Below, one piece after another: positions 1 to 26,312 of a DNA stretch of 64,000 bases (position 1 is its first letter; every line of letters begins with the position of its first letter). The position numbers were made by a program, and so were the translations under genes. The DNA comes from Amoebidium appalachense. Taxonomy: Eukaryota > Protista > Ichthyosporea. Below the pieces are notes generated by a model. It was given only the letters and a program-made list of their open reading frames with translations, was not told where the DNA came from and did no database searches. The stretch spans positions 6,021,167 through 6,085,166 of the forward strand of contig CAVNZM010000005.1 of NCBI GenBank assembly GCA_963693365.1. The letters are read 5' to 3'.

Positions 1-163
1 CCCTGGTATCGTTACAGAGATAGAAGGGGGGGGGGGGGGGGGGGGGGGGGGGGAGGAGGAGGGGAGGCCGAGGGGCAGGGGCTGAAGGTGGGGGGTATGG
101 GAGGGGGGGGGGAGGGGGGGGGGGGGGGGGGGGGGGGGGCTTCTTGCTGACTATGACGTGCAG

Positions 164-4936
<4,773 letters not shown>

Positions 4937-5082
4937 TTTTAAAATTGTATATTATCCGCTGTGGTATCAAGGTGCTTTAATACTATGTGAAGATTTTTAT
5001 CCGTGCCCATAGAGGTGTGTCATTGATAAATAGTTCCAGTATGGTGGCCGTCTAGACGTATCTTAACTATTTTTATCCATTG

Positions 5083-5128
<46 letters not shown>

Positions 5129-5748
5129 ACACACAAGAGGAAGGGAGGGAAAGAGGGGGGGGGGGGATAATATCACCTCTGCCAAACACCAAAGACCGTG
5201 TTGTTGACTTGTTGATGTTGGTAGTTTTTATTACGACAATACAAAAAAATCTTTCTACACATGTACGACACTGTGTTATTGTCACCATAAAACCACGAAA
5301 TAGTCGACGTTTTGTTGCTTTGGTTTTGTGTTACATATTTGCATTCACATACTCGAAGGGGAGGGAAAGGGAAACACTATCCACGCAAACCAACCAAAAA
5401 CAAAATAAATGGCACTCTTAGATACTTAGAGTCTATGAATCTGCGACAACCTCTTGAATTTTTGCGCGCAAACGTGAAAAAAGCACACATCACAATGTAC
5501 ACGCAGAAGGCATACACACACTTTCAAGCACACATGTGCAAAACTGCGACACCTCTCCTTCCCTTAGTATTAACGTAACTTTCTCGATTAAGCAGTTAGA
5601 GCATTGCAAAGAAAGCTAAAACAACCGAGCTAAGAAAGCTAAAACAACCCAGCTACGATAATGCAGTAAAGTTATTAACAAACAAATCATGTGGTAGATT
5701 ATTACCTCAAGCCTATCAATCACACAATCCAAGAAAGGGTCGCCCTCT

Positions 5749-7059
5749 CTATGTCAAAGTTAGGTTGTGCTGTTGAGCGGGTGGTCGGTTTAACACGTGC
5801 GTATTGGTGGGTGCCATATACAGTTGGTATATGTGTGAGTCGTGCTTGCATGCATCCCCATTTTCGGCCGCCAACCTACACTGCAAGCCCGTAGATCGAG
5901 CAAGCGCCTGACACCTCCGCACCCACCCAACCCCATAGACCAAAACGCTCGCTTCAAGCACGATCGCACCAGGAGCGGCTATCATTGGCTGGTTGAAATC
6001 CGATTGACCATTTATGGCAAAATTTTCTACCGTGGATGTCGTGGTGGGCACAAACACATTTTGTGGGTGTATGATGATTGGACGATTCGGCGAAACTTGG
6101 CCAATCGTCTGCGCCGTATCACCGACGGCTCCATTTTGATTGGCAGGCGCTCCCTTTTCGGCATTTCCCCGCACCTGTTTTGCGCTATTTGATTGGTCCT
6201 TTCCATCCAACGTAACTGTGTCGTTTTTCTCATCGCCAATCTCACTCTTCTTCTCTCCCAAGGCATCCCTTACGTTCATTGGTTCCTTATCACTCGCTTC
6301 ATTATTCGGAACCAGCGCCGCGGCGGGAACAACCGGAGTCTTGGGGGCCGCCGCCGCCTTCCTAATTGGGGTTGTTGTGCCATTGCCGTTCTTCCGATTG
6401 GTGCCTTTGGGCGTAAGGGCTACTCCATCGTCAGTAATCGACACTCGATTACGTGCGATTTCGCTAGAATTCGTCGCAATCGCCGCAATCGCCACGGGAC
6501 TGTTTTGCGTTTTTGTTCTGCGCGCGGGAGTGGTGTTGGTGCTAGTGGTACCGGTGGTACTGGTGGCGTATTCACGCGGCGGCGGAGTGGCTGTTTCTGA
6601 TTGGACGCTGGGGAGCACGTGGGCGTTTGAGGCAGCCCATTGGTGGATTGTCATGTTGCAGTTTGCGACAATGTCTCTGCTGATGTGCCTGTGGGAGGAA
6701 GAGGGGGTGTCAGAAGTGTTTTAAACTGACAAAAGGAGGGGAGGAGCAAGCGGGGGAGCATCACCCGATTCAATATGGAAAAGTGTGTGTGTGTGTGGGT
6801 GTGTGGGTGGGTGGGTGGGTGAGTGGTTGGGTGGGTGGGTGGGTGGGGGAGGGGGGGAGGGGGGGGAAGGAATGGGGGAGGTTGTTCTTGTCAGCTACCG
6901 CCTCTAAAAGGTTGAAATTATGTGTCAACGGATAAGCTACACCAGCCCCCTTCCCTCAAACATGAATACACGTCATAAGCATGAGCATAAGCATGTATCC
7001 TGTGTAGTTTCTTTTCTTTTCCTGTGTATTTTTTTTTTTTTTTTTTGGTGTGTGTGTTG

Positions 7060-7100
<41 letters not shown>

Positions 7101-7234
7101 GGGGGAGTGCTATACAGAGTTGGAAATATGAATGCACACAAGGGAGAGCACGATGCAGCTAAAGACAGACTAACAAAACCGATCAGATGCTTCTATACAC
7201 ACGCGCGCGCATGTGTGTGTGCGTGCGTGCGTGC

Positions 7235-7300
<66 letters not shown>

Positions 7301-7656
7301 ATGCATGCACGCGCGTGGTTTGTGTGTGTGTGTGTGTGTGCACGTGTGCTCCTAAACACGTGTGGGCATGCCTATTTGTACGTTTGTGCATTTCTTTTTT
7401 TCAAGAATTTTTTAAGGGAGGGGGGGGGGGGGGGGGGGGGTTACATACACAAGCACCTCATTGAGTGCAGTGACATCACCAAGTGCATTGTGAGCCATCT
7501 GATTGGTCACGCCAAGCGCACGTGTCACAGTGTCCATCGAATGACTGCGCCTGCCGTTTGCGTTGACCAGAATTGGATACACTTGCCGGCAGAGCTGTGT
7601 GTGGTGTATTGGGGAGGGGGGGTGGGGGGAGGGGGAGGGGGGTCAGAGATATGTTT

Positions 7657-7708
<52 letters not shown>

Positions 7709-7975
7709 GGGGAGGGTTGGTGGAGGAAGGAGGGAGAGAGAGGGGAGGGGAGGGTAGGGAAGAGAATGTTGGTTTTCATTGCAGTCGATGTGGCCGTGGG
7801 GTTGAAGTTGGGAGACGGGAAAAGGGTTTGCAGAGGGAGGTGGGGGGGTGGGGTGGGGTGGGGGGGGGGGGGGGGGGGGGAGGGGGAGGGGGGCCATTTA
7901 AGACGTTCTGCAGGTACCAGACAAAACAAATTTAGTATCAGAAATGTGTTTTTTTTTCTTTTTTTTTTTTTTTTT

Positions 7976-8006
<31 letters not shown>

Positions 8007-8315
8007 GAGGGGGGGGAGGGGGGAAGTTTCTCTATCAAAATACCACTCTATCCTACTCAATTCATCGTACTAAGTCGCCAGCTTTCGATCACTCCTGACT
8101 GACACCGCAATTGCCTTCCCCCCCTATCCCCCTCCGCCCCCTCCCCCACTCCCCGCTCATCCCTTCCACCTCTCCCATCAACCCTTCCCAGCCGTACTTA
8201 CCCAACTCAGCCCCACCCGCCCACACACCAACCACCTCAAACACGCCTATATCCCACAACCCACAGTACAGAAGGGGAAGGGAACACGACAGTGGTAGAA
8301 GGTGTGCTTGTGTGT

Positions 8316-8385
<70 letters not shown>

Positions 8386-8389
8386 TGGT

Positions 8390-8443
<54 letters not shown>

Positions 8444-9265
8444 AGAGTGGAGGTGGGGGGGGGGGGTGATGGTGGTGGTGGTGGTGGTGGTGGTTGATGT
8501 GGGGGGAGGGGTGAGGGGGGGAGGAGGAGGGGGGAGGGGGGGGGGGGGGGTAGCCCTTACCATTAAACTGTCAGCAAACCGCCAGTTTGCCGGTGCATCA
8601 GCGTCATGTCTGTCCAGCTCGTGGACCAGCAATCTCTCATCATACGAAATGCCGTTGTGTGCTATGAGAAGAGGGACACACCCAGGAGGGGTTCTATCCT
8701 CAACAAACACAACCACCTTTTCCCAAACAACGGGGAAAGGGGGAGAGGAACGGACCATTTGGTTTGTGATGTTGTGAATGTGGCTGTTGGTGATTTTCAC
8801 ACCTGGGTTCACAAACGAGTCGAAGAAGGCGGAAAATTCAGAATGATTTGAGCAAGATGCAGCTTCCGTTTTCCCTCTTTCCTCGGTTCCCTCGGCAGAG
8901 AGGTCAAGGCATCTGGATACCGTGCTTTCCATCGGTGCTGAGATTTCGTTACCATTTTTCCGTGTATTTTCCCCGCCTTTCTCCAAACCTATTTTCACCC
9001 GACCAGGTGTTACGTCTAAGGTCGTAACTGCTGCGGAATTCGCGTTCGACAAATGTGTGATATTGAGTGACGATGTAAGCTCGTCCACCAGGTCAACTTT
9101 CTCCAGAGATTCATTAAGAACATCTCTATTCGTAAGGGTTGCACTTCTGGGTGTGACATCTGACTCGTAAATTGCTATTTGGATGATTCTATCTTTGCGC
9201 TTGTTCAAGCCCGTTGCTTCCAGATCCCACACGAAGATTTTTGTATAGTGGGTCCGCACCGCAGG
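5749..9265 (-). CDS. DEDDh (DnaQ/RNase T-like) 3'-5' exonuclease with a long low-complexity tail and a C-terminal Cys/His cluster; 5' end unresolved
   Basis: Exons 9265-8561, 7594-7449, 6688-5749 join in frame. Motifs: Exo[14 protein letters not shown], Exo[15 protein letters not shown], ExoIII HNALGD. An in-frame TAG acceptor at 9266-9268 implies an upstream exon that I could not identify. Confidence 0.88.
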
Positions 9266-9929
9266 CTAAAGGTCCGGCCATTTTCCTTCCTTCCTCAAGA
9301 GGAGCCTAACCAGAACGTAATTGAATAGAAGGAACTAAGAAGAAAGCGTTTATGTAAATGCATAAGCTAGTAGTGAAATAAGCATGGGCATGGTACTGGA
9401 TCACAGAAGGAAGTCCAGAATCGAGGTGCATCAGTTTCCTGTAAAAACGTATGCATCCTTCTACTTCACTCACTCCTACTTTCGAACACCTCCAAAAACC
9501 CACCGGCCCATATATTCACTCTACATTCTTCACACTGAAAAACGGGCCTTCTTTTATACTTCGCTGTTGCCTCTGTGCCTTCAGCACTGCCTTGACTTGA
9601 GCAGGCTCCGAACGTGAACTGCTTACGTCACGTCTAAGGCTCTTAGCCGCTGTTAATTGGTTTAAAAAGGCCCGCGTACAACCAATTCCGCCAATCACCG
9701 CGCTCTGCAATAATTGAACTTCATACACAACTTAGTATATAAAGTGTGTACGCGTGCTTGGTACTTATTATAAGTTAGTACAGTACACACACACGACAGA
9801 TATGATATATACACATATAACTACAAAAGCACACGCACACGCACACCCACAAAAACGTGCACACACTCACACTCACACACAATTCTCCTACTTAAGCTTA
9901 GTGCACATATTCCACGGCACGCTCCGGCT

Positions 9930-10000
9930 CATTGTCTATGACGTCATCAAAAAGGTTGAAGCCAATCACAATTCATCTCAGAGAAAAAGCGCGCGAAACT
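9930..10000. promoter_or_regulatory. Candidate bidirectional promoter elements (CRE, CCAAT, E2F-type site)
   Basis: TGACGTCA 9939-9946, CCAAT 9962-9966 and GCGCGAAA (=TTTCGCGC) 9991-9998 lie between the divergent exonuclease and RNASEH2A genes. Confidence 0.5.
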
Positions 10001-10285
10001 CCCCCGCTCTGAGACTCTCGGAGTTGCAAGTCCAGTTTTGGGGCCATTGCTTTACGCTAGCCGCACCATAGATTCTGACTGAAGTGCGCTTGCTTCGCCG
10101 TTGAAGTTCTACGAAGGAAGCAACACAAAATACTACGTCTGTGTGGCACGTGTGTGGCAGTTTTTACGCACGTATACACGTAACTAAGTAGATACGTGTA
10201 GTGTGAGCACGTGTGTGGTGTAACCGTTTAACACGAACATTTGCTTGTACTATTCACACAACAATCTTTCTTATTCTCTAGGAAA

Positions 10286-17799
<7,514 letters not shown>

Positions 17800-18545
17800 A
17801 CTTGATTAAGAATGTGGAACACGGCTAGCAGGCCTATGAGTGGAATGTGATTGGTTTGTGCGTGTTGTAAAACCTCAAGTATCAGTGTCCGTTAAGGATC
17901 ACGTTTGCTATGTTTGTTGCCACATGGGATTCATGAATATATTTATCATATCAGTGATCCGATGGGTTTTTGAGTGATTATTTATACTCTGGTGCGTAAC
18001 TGCAAGCGGTGATAGGAAAAAGCCCGGCAACATACATACCGGAAGGTAAAATTTGGCAGGGTTAGAGAAGATATCACACCGATAATGTGCATAGTAGTAG
18101 ACATACTGGTTTTTATCGTGTCATCCGCATTGAGTATTAAAAATAAAAATTTGCACAAGATGGATAATCATGGTGGATGGTTGTACTTTTTTACACTCCT
18201 CCTACAAGTCTGGCGTGAAACATTCGTTTTCGAAGGCCACAGCAATGGCAAAATAAATTTTAAGTGTCGTCAAACCCTGCTGCCCAAATTTGGACAATTT
18301 CTCCTCAACCCAGGAAAGACTGTGTGTATTGTATTGTTAAGCCAGCAGATGGATCAGTATGAGACGGTACAGGCACAGGTGTTATCAATATAGATGCACC
18401 ACCGTGTCACTTGAGTGGAAGACTACACCGGAAGGACAAAGGCAAACTACCAAATTATACTGGGCTGAAATTAGCAGAAAAGATTATTCACTGTGAACCC
18501 CTCCAAGCTCCAAGCTCCAAGCTCCAAGCTCGAGAGAGAGAGAGG

Positions 18546-18616
<71 letters not shown>

Positions 18617-18669
18617 CGTGCGCGCATATGTGCGTATGTTTCATCTCGTGTGTGTGTGTGTGTGTGTGC

Positions 18670-18701
<32 letters not shown>

Positions 18702-18747
18702 TTGTCTGTGCACATGTGTGTGTGCACGTGTGTACGTGTGTACGTGG

Positions 18748-18847
<100 letters not shown>

Positions 18848-19380
18848 ACATGTGTATGTGTATGTGTATGTGTGTGTGTGTCGTTGTGGGGTTGCCGTGG
18901 GGTGGGGTGGGGTGGAGCGATCAGAGTGTATGGTTGAAAATGCACCCTTCCTTGGGTGTGCGAATGAATATGTTCGAGCCTGCATACATGTGCACGTGCA
19001 TGCATTTGTGCACACACATGAAACTGTGCCCTTCTTGTGGATTGATCCACTTATCTCCTTTAATGTGTGTGTGTGTCTGTGTATGTATGTGTGCGCGTGC
19101 ATGCGTGCAAGCATGTGCATGTGTGTGTGTCATGTTTCTTGTGTGTTTGTGCGCTTGTACGTATATGTGCGTATATGCATGCCAACGACAACCACACACA
19201 AATACACACACGCACTCATACACGCAGACACGCAGACACGCACGCACGCACATACGCACACACGTACGCCCACATACACGCACGCACACACGTAAGCACA
19301 CATGCACGCAGACACACACTCACGCACGCACGCACTCACACACGCACCAACACACACAAACATGCGTGCTTGCGCGCGCG

Positions 19381-19462
<82 letters not shown>

Positions 19463-19550
19463 CCTTGTGAGAGTGTTGCCTGGGACAACTGCAGCTCGGT
19501 GTAAAAGGGCATCTGAAGGTGCCAGAAGTGGAAGCATTCACAGAACCGTC

Positions 19551-19610
<60 letters not shown>

Positions 19611-19843
19611 GGCTACACTCCTCACACACGCACACATGCAACACATGCAGACATACACACACCCACACCCACACCCACACACACTCATGCACACACACAT
19701 GTACAAGCATGCAAACGCTGCACACACACACATGCATATACACATGTACAAGCATCCACATCCTGCACATGCACGCCTGGCTTCCACACAGACACGTATA
19801 CACAACTCTTCCGCCCTTCCCCCCCCCCCCCCCTCCTCACACA

Positions 19844-19941
<98 letters not shown>

Positions 19942-21329
19942 CATACAGTGGGTGAAAGGCAGCTCCCCCAATGCCAAACACCGTCGTTTTTGGCATTGCG
20001 CCCGATGCTCTGGGCAACTGCAGAAGAACGAGGTGATACGGTGGTCCACCCACCCGCCTATTTACTTCATTCTTGCACACAGGCAAACACACTATCCACA
20101 CAGATACGCCGACACCACACACACACACATACACACACACCCGCACGTACACCCACACCCACGCCCGTACGCCAACACGCATGTATGCATGCATGCACGC
20201 ACACAGGCACACACACATGCACACCCACCCACACCCACACACCCACACGCACACACACACAGAAGTAGAGGCTTCGCCCAAACCGTCACAAATAATTCTT
20301 CCGGCCCTTTTGTTATTTTCCCCGCCCACTCACCCCCCCCCCTGTCCCCCCCCCCCCCCCTCCCCCCCCCCCCCCCCCCCACACACACACACCCACCCAC
20401 TCACCCTCCATGCACTACCCGCAAAGTCTCTCTCTCTCTCTCTCCCCCCCCCCCCCCCCCCCCCCCCTCCCACCATTACTCTGACCACCACCAGCATCGA
20501 CCACTTGCTCACAACGGATAGGATACACACACATTGCCTAACATAATTGCCGCGCCCATCTGCTCAACGACCCACACCAAACCCATGTACACCCTTGCCA
20601 CGTATGGCCACGGTCCCGAATGCCCTCCAATAACACATAAGCCAGCTCTGCCATCCACCTGCCACCTCATAGTTCCTATGCACTTGTAGGTGTAGGAAGA
20701 GGAGCAGTAAGAGGATTGTAGGAGGGTGTGTAGAGGGTGTGTGTGTGTGTGTGTGTTTGGGTGGGGGGGGGGGGAGGGGGGAGGTGGGGGGGGATGGAGG
20801 GATGCAATCGTGCTGTTTCTTCAGCCTTTGAAGGGCCGGGGGGGGGGGGGGGGGGGGGGGGTAGGCAGACGTGGGAATAGAATAAGGGCGTGTCCTTGTT
20901 CCTCCAGTCATAGATGGTTGTGTATGTGTGCTTGTGCGGGTGCGCGCATGCGTGTATGTGTGTGTGGGGAGGGCGGGTAAGGGGGGGGAGGAGGGGCGGA
21001 GCAGGGAGGGGGGGGGGGAGATGCACACTTGTTTTCAACAGTCACACAGTATAAAGGAAAGGAAGGTGGGGGAAGGGGGGGGGGGGGGGGGGGGGGGAGA
21101 AGAGAGGGGTGGGAGAGAGAGAAGGGGGGAGGGAGGAGGAGAGAGAGAGAGAGAGAGAACGAGCGAGAGAGAGAGGCGGCGGGGGGGGGGGGGGGGGGGA
21201 GAGAGAGAGAGAGAGAGAAAACGAAAGGGGGGATAGGGGAGGAGATAAAGAGAGAGCGAGCGACAATCGAGGGGAGAGAGAGAGAGAGAGACAGACAGAA
21301 AGACAGAGAGAGAGAGACAGAATACTATG

Positions 21330-21428
<99 letters not shown>

Positions 21429-22608
21429 AGAGCGAGAAAGAGAGAGAGAGAGAAGAAAGATGCATACTCTTTAGGCCTCAGGAGAAGGAGAAAAAAAGGG
21501 GGGGAGGGGGTTTAAATTACTATTTGTCCCAAGCCTGTTGGGGATGGGGGAGGTAGGGGGGGGCAGGGTGGCGGGGGGGGGGAGGGGGGGGGGGGGGTTT
21601 GAGGGAGATGATTATTCGTGTGCTCCAAGTCATGAAAAAGGGGGGGGGGGGGAAAGGGGAAGCAGGGGGGAGGGAGGGAGCGAGTGGGGGGAGGGGGGAG
21701 GGGTGGTTGTGGGGAGGGGAAGCAGGGGGGAGGGAGGGGAGGGGGAGAGGGGGGAGGGGGGGGGGGGGGGGGAGGGGAGGGGTTACCGGTCGTGCCCCAA
21801 GTTGTTGCCACTGCAATATGATGCAGTCCTCGCTAACCCAGTCCTCGAACACGACCGAGCCGTTGTGGTAGTAAAGCAAAACCATACTCCTGTCAAGCAT
21901 CACATCAGATAGACCACGTTATGAAGTCTGATAAGGACACCTCACCTACTCTTTTGTGTCGTAGTATACCCCCCCAACCCCACCCCCCCCACCCCACGCA
22001 CTTTCTCCCCTACCCTTTTAACTCTCCCCAAAGTTTTTTCAAAGGTGGGTAACGATAACATGCCCCTCAACGGCAATGCGGTCTGGGTGGCACCATTGAG
22101 CTTTAAAAAAAATAAAACAAACCTCCCAAAAATCATCTTATTTGCAATTAAGTACATGTGAAGATGCTCTGATATCACTTTTTGATACCTTTAGCACTTC
22201 CGCCTCTGCTTTTGAAGTGAAAAAAATGAAACAGCCCCGGTTGATTTTTTACACGCATTCTCTTGGCATATTCGGGCGGGCGATAATATGCCATATTTGG
22301 AAGGCGACCTTTCGTCCGGTGAACCTACATCTGTGACCCCCGGAGTCCCCCCCCCCCCCCCAATAACTCGAAACTAGAATTCGAACCCTGTCAAAATCTG
22401 CTACTCAAATCATAAATGGTCGTATACCAATACCGTTTTCTAATTGGCTCTTTTTCCCGCCAATATTTGTCAATAGCAACATTCGCAACCTCAGGCAGTC
22501 TGAAAAGCTTTTTCACGACTTGACTACACACAGAGTCTACCTTCCTCCCATATTCTTATTACAATCAATTGATATTACCTCTCCACTTTCATTCTATAAC
22601 CTTCAAAC

Positions 22609-24725
22609 ATGGCACCGAAAAACCTAGGCCTAAACAAGGAGGAGGAGATGTTAGCGCTGTTCAACGCCATAGGCATAAGCAAAGAAGAGTTTATCAGAGA
22701 CCCCAACCGTGCCTTCCAGCTCCTACACTCGGATGACCCGGAAATTGAAGCCATCATTGAAAAATTTCACAGTAGTCTCGAAAAACCGAAGGACCTGGAA
22801 TCGAAAACGGTGGAGGAACTTGCAAAATTACCATAATCTGAGCGGGATGAATGGTTGATTAGCTACACGGACACGTACGGAGAGGGGCTGTATCTGGTTG
22901 TTTGCTGTGCCACGGCCAGGTGGGGGTACAGAGGTGCGGGGGGGATGATGAGCACAAACGCAGCTGAAAAATCTTCCAATCACCTTCGCAACGGTTGATG
23001 AGTTGATCAAGGAGGCCTGCTTCTACCCGGCGTGCGGGGAGCCAAGGCGCCCCACTCACCTTGTTTTGGCTGCGCGCATGTCCTACCTCTTTAACGATTT
23101 CCAGAAATACTGCAAGAAATTCAACGTAACTACTACGGAACAGGACACACCGGAAGCTGCACAATACAACTGTGCTCAAGTGGGAACCGATCCGGAGGGG
23201 GAAAACAATACCCATCTGCGTAAGCCGACGGAACAAGAAGAAAGGGCCATGATTGCCAAGGAGGAAGGGAATGACGCGTTCAGAAGGGGGGAATGGGAGA
23301 AAGCGGCTGAACATTACACGCGAGGGCATCAATGCAGTTTTGGGCTGCGACACAGATAGGTGCTCGAGACTGCTCAGCAATCGTTCTGCATGTTTCTTGA
23401 AAATGGAGAAGTACGAGGAGGCACTTCAAGACGCACTGACTTGCACGGCACAGGACTCAAAGTGGGAAAAGGGGTTTATGAGACTGGCTCTTGCACGCGG
23501 GGTATGTGTTATGTTGTGCCGGTATGGAGGGGCGGAAATGGAGAGGTTAGGAGGGAAAAAAGAGAACCGGGGGGTGGGGGGGGGGGGGGGGGGGGCGTAT
23601 GTGTGTGTCTGTGTGTGTGGGGGGGGGGGGGGGAGGGGGGAGGGGAGGGGGGCAATATGTTTTTTTTTTGGCGTGTGTGTGACACTGTGTGTGTGCTTGG
23701 GCAAGTGTGTGCTTGGGTGCATACTAGAGTATGATGGGAGGCAGCCTTCAAGATTGTGTTGTTTTTCTTTTGCCTGTGCATATGCTGGGAATAGAGGGGA
23801 AAAGGAAGTGAGGGTATCTTTGGGGGGATCCGAGAAAGTGGGGGGAGGGGAGGGGGGTACAAAAATGACCTAAGATCACAAGGAGTGGTGGGGCACTCTT
23901 CTTCCCCCATCCCCCCGCCCCCAACCCCACTCCCCCACCCCTCCTCCCTCCTTCTCGAACTAGTCACTGGCACGAGTTTTTTGGATACCTTAGCATGGCC
24001 CGCGCACCTGATGGCCTTGTTTCTTTGTCTGCTTGGACATTATGCGCTCCTGGTACATGGATGGCACTTCATGCATGCATGTGGCCTCGGTGTGTGGATG
24101 CTAATAGTAGCGTGCGCTGTTCGTTGCTGCCAATCGTATGGTCTCGTAACGTGCTGTATGGGCACATGTACTCAACCCTTTCTACTTACAATGCATACTC
24201 GATCTCTGTCTGTGCGCTTTGCAGAATCTGCATTATGTTGGACTACGTGGGCGTGTAATTCGTCCACTGTGATAAGATACTCCCCCCCCCCCCCCCCCCC
24301 CTTCTCTCTCTCCCCCCCCCCCCCCCCCCTCCCTCCCTCCCCTTTCCTCGCTTTCTCTTTTCCTGGTTGTCCCTTTCATTCTCCTGTACCACTTTCTGAC
24401 CTCCCCCCCCCCCCCCCCCCCCCCGTCCCCCCCCTCTCTCCTCTTCTTTCACTCTTCTTTTCTCCATGTCCACCCCTGCTCTGCCTCTGCACACGTGCCT
24501 TTTCTCCCTCCCCTTCCCCCCCCCCCCCCTCTCGCTCTCCCCCCTCCCCTCCCCCCCCCCCCCCCCCCCTCCCCCCGCCCCTCTCCCCGCCAGCGGCCGC
24601 TCTCCCATGCACGCCCTCGTAGCTCCAGCCCTTTCCGCATACTCTTTATGCGTGAATTTGCACTCTGCATTATGTTGTCCGTCATGAATGTGGACTTCGC
24701 GCTCCACAACACATTCTAACCCATC

Positions 24726-24796
<71 letters not shown>

Positions 24797-24922
24797 ACCT
24801 CCCCATTCTCTCCTACCTGCAGGCACTTGGACACCTCGAGGATGAATTGATGGCGTGGGCAGAGGCATGTCGGTTGGCCCCAACAAGGAATATGCGGAGA
24901 GATACAGGGAGACAAAACGCAG
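22609..24922 (+). pseudogene. Disrupted TPR-domain gene (one premature stop and several frameshifts)
   Basis: TPR text AKEEGNDAFRRGEWEKAAEHYT / LLSNRSACFLKMEKYEEALQDA..C...DSKWEKGFMRLA is split across reading frames. TAA at 22834-22836; frameshifts near 22960, 23321 and ~24880. Donor after 23501, acceptor before 24823. Confidence 0.72.
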
Positions 24923-26154
24923 GTGTGCGGGCAAAATGTAGCTTATTTATTTCAGCATGCCCTCACATTCACCCTATAAATATCCATGTGTTTTGCTAGG
25001 TAGCAGTGATGTTGCTTGCTGCATGTTACGGTCTTGAAGACTGTGACAATATGTGTATACGTATGTGCATGTTTATTTGCTGAATTATGATGAGGAGATG
25101 TTTTGTTGTTTCGCCGTCTTATCCCCATTTACTAAATAATAATCATATGGATTGAATAGTACTCTGCGCTCAGGGCAACATAGTGTTGAAATATTACAAG
25201 AGGCACACTTACATAATACCAGAAATCACAGGGCACTGTGTATGTTTTGACTTAATCAGTTGATGAGATCTTTGCCAGCAGTGATTCTTATTCTAGGCCC
25301 CAAAAACACGAAATCTGGTGGTCCTGGCTCGAAAGTTTGCTTATAACTATGAAAAATCATTTGCCTAGAAGATATAGCTCATCAACAACACTCACCATAT
25401 GCATGGATATGCAAGTGTACGGAAACACTCTCTTCCCCTTCATATTGCCCCTTTTTGTATTTGTTTTCTCTCGTATCATAAACAACGATTGTGCCACTAT
25501 TAGAGTAGACGGAAGTTCATTATCATATGCATAAGTGTCTGATGATGTTGGATTCTACCATACCATGCACCACTCGTAATAAAATAACTCATGTGTGACA
25601 ACCTGATCTTGATTATACTAGTTTTTTGCCAAAAAAAAGGTGAGCAACCTTGTATATGATACTGTTTATAAACTTTCATGTATCACAGCTTTCAGACGTC
25701 GACTGGTGTACCCTCCCATATGCATGCAAAAACACGCAACAGTTACTGTAACTATTACACACTGTGATATGTCTTGTGAAGCATAGATACTTCATTTTCG
25801 CTAGGGTAGCGCACAGTGCAGATGTTTGGCTGAACTATCTATGGCAGTACCCATGTATGTACACGGCGACACCCGCGTGCACAGAACCTGCTATGCATAG
25901 ATAGACACGTGCATGCACAGACAGACACCTGCATGCACAGACAGACACTTGATATCCACAGAAAACCTGATACCCACAGACACCCGCACGCACACATACG
26001 CACACACGCACACACACACACCACACACAAACACACACCACACAACATTCACACACACACACAAACACAAGCCGCACATGCACGTGGCACACGTACACAT
26101 AGTATTTAATAATACACACACCGGCACACCCACACACCCACACACACACCGAGG

Positions 26155-26312
<158 letters not shown>

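Noticed and set aside
6140-6724. 194-aa plus-strand ORF
   Set aside because: Antisense shadow of the last exonuclease exon.
9516-9728. 70-aa minus-strand ORF as the first exon or transit peptide of the exonuclease
   Set aside because: Non-ATG start and no convincing phase-compatible donor found; left unresolved.
18500-18532. (CTCCAAG)n 7-bp tandem repeat
   Set aside because: Short simple repeat with no further structure.
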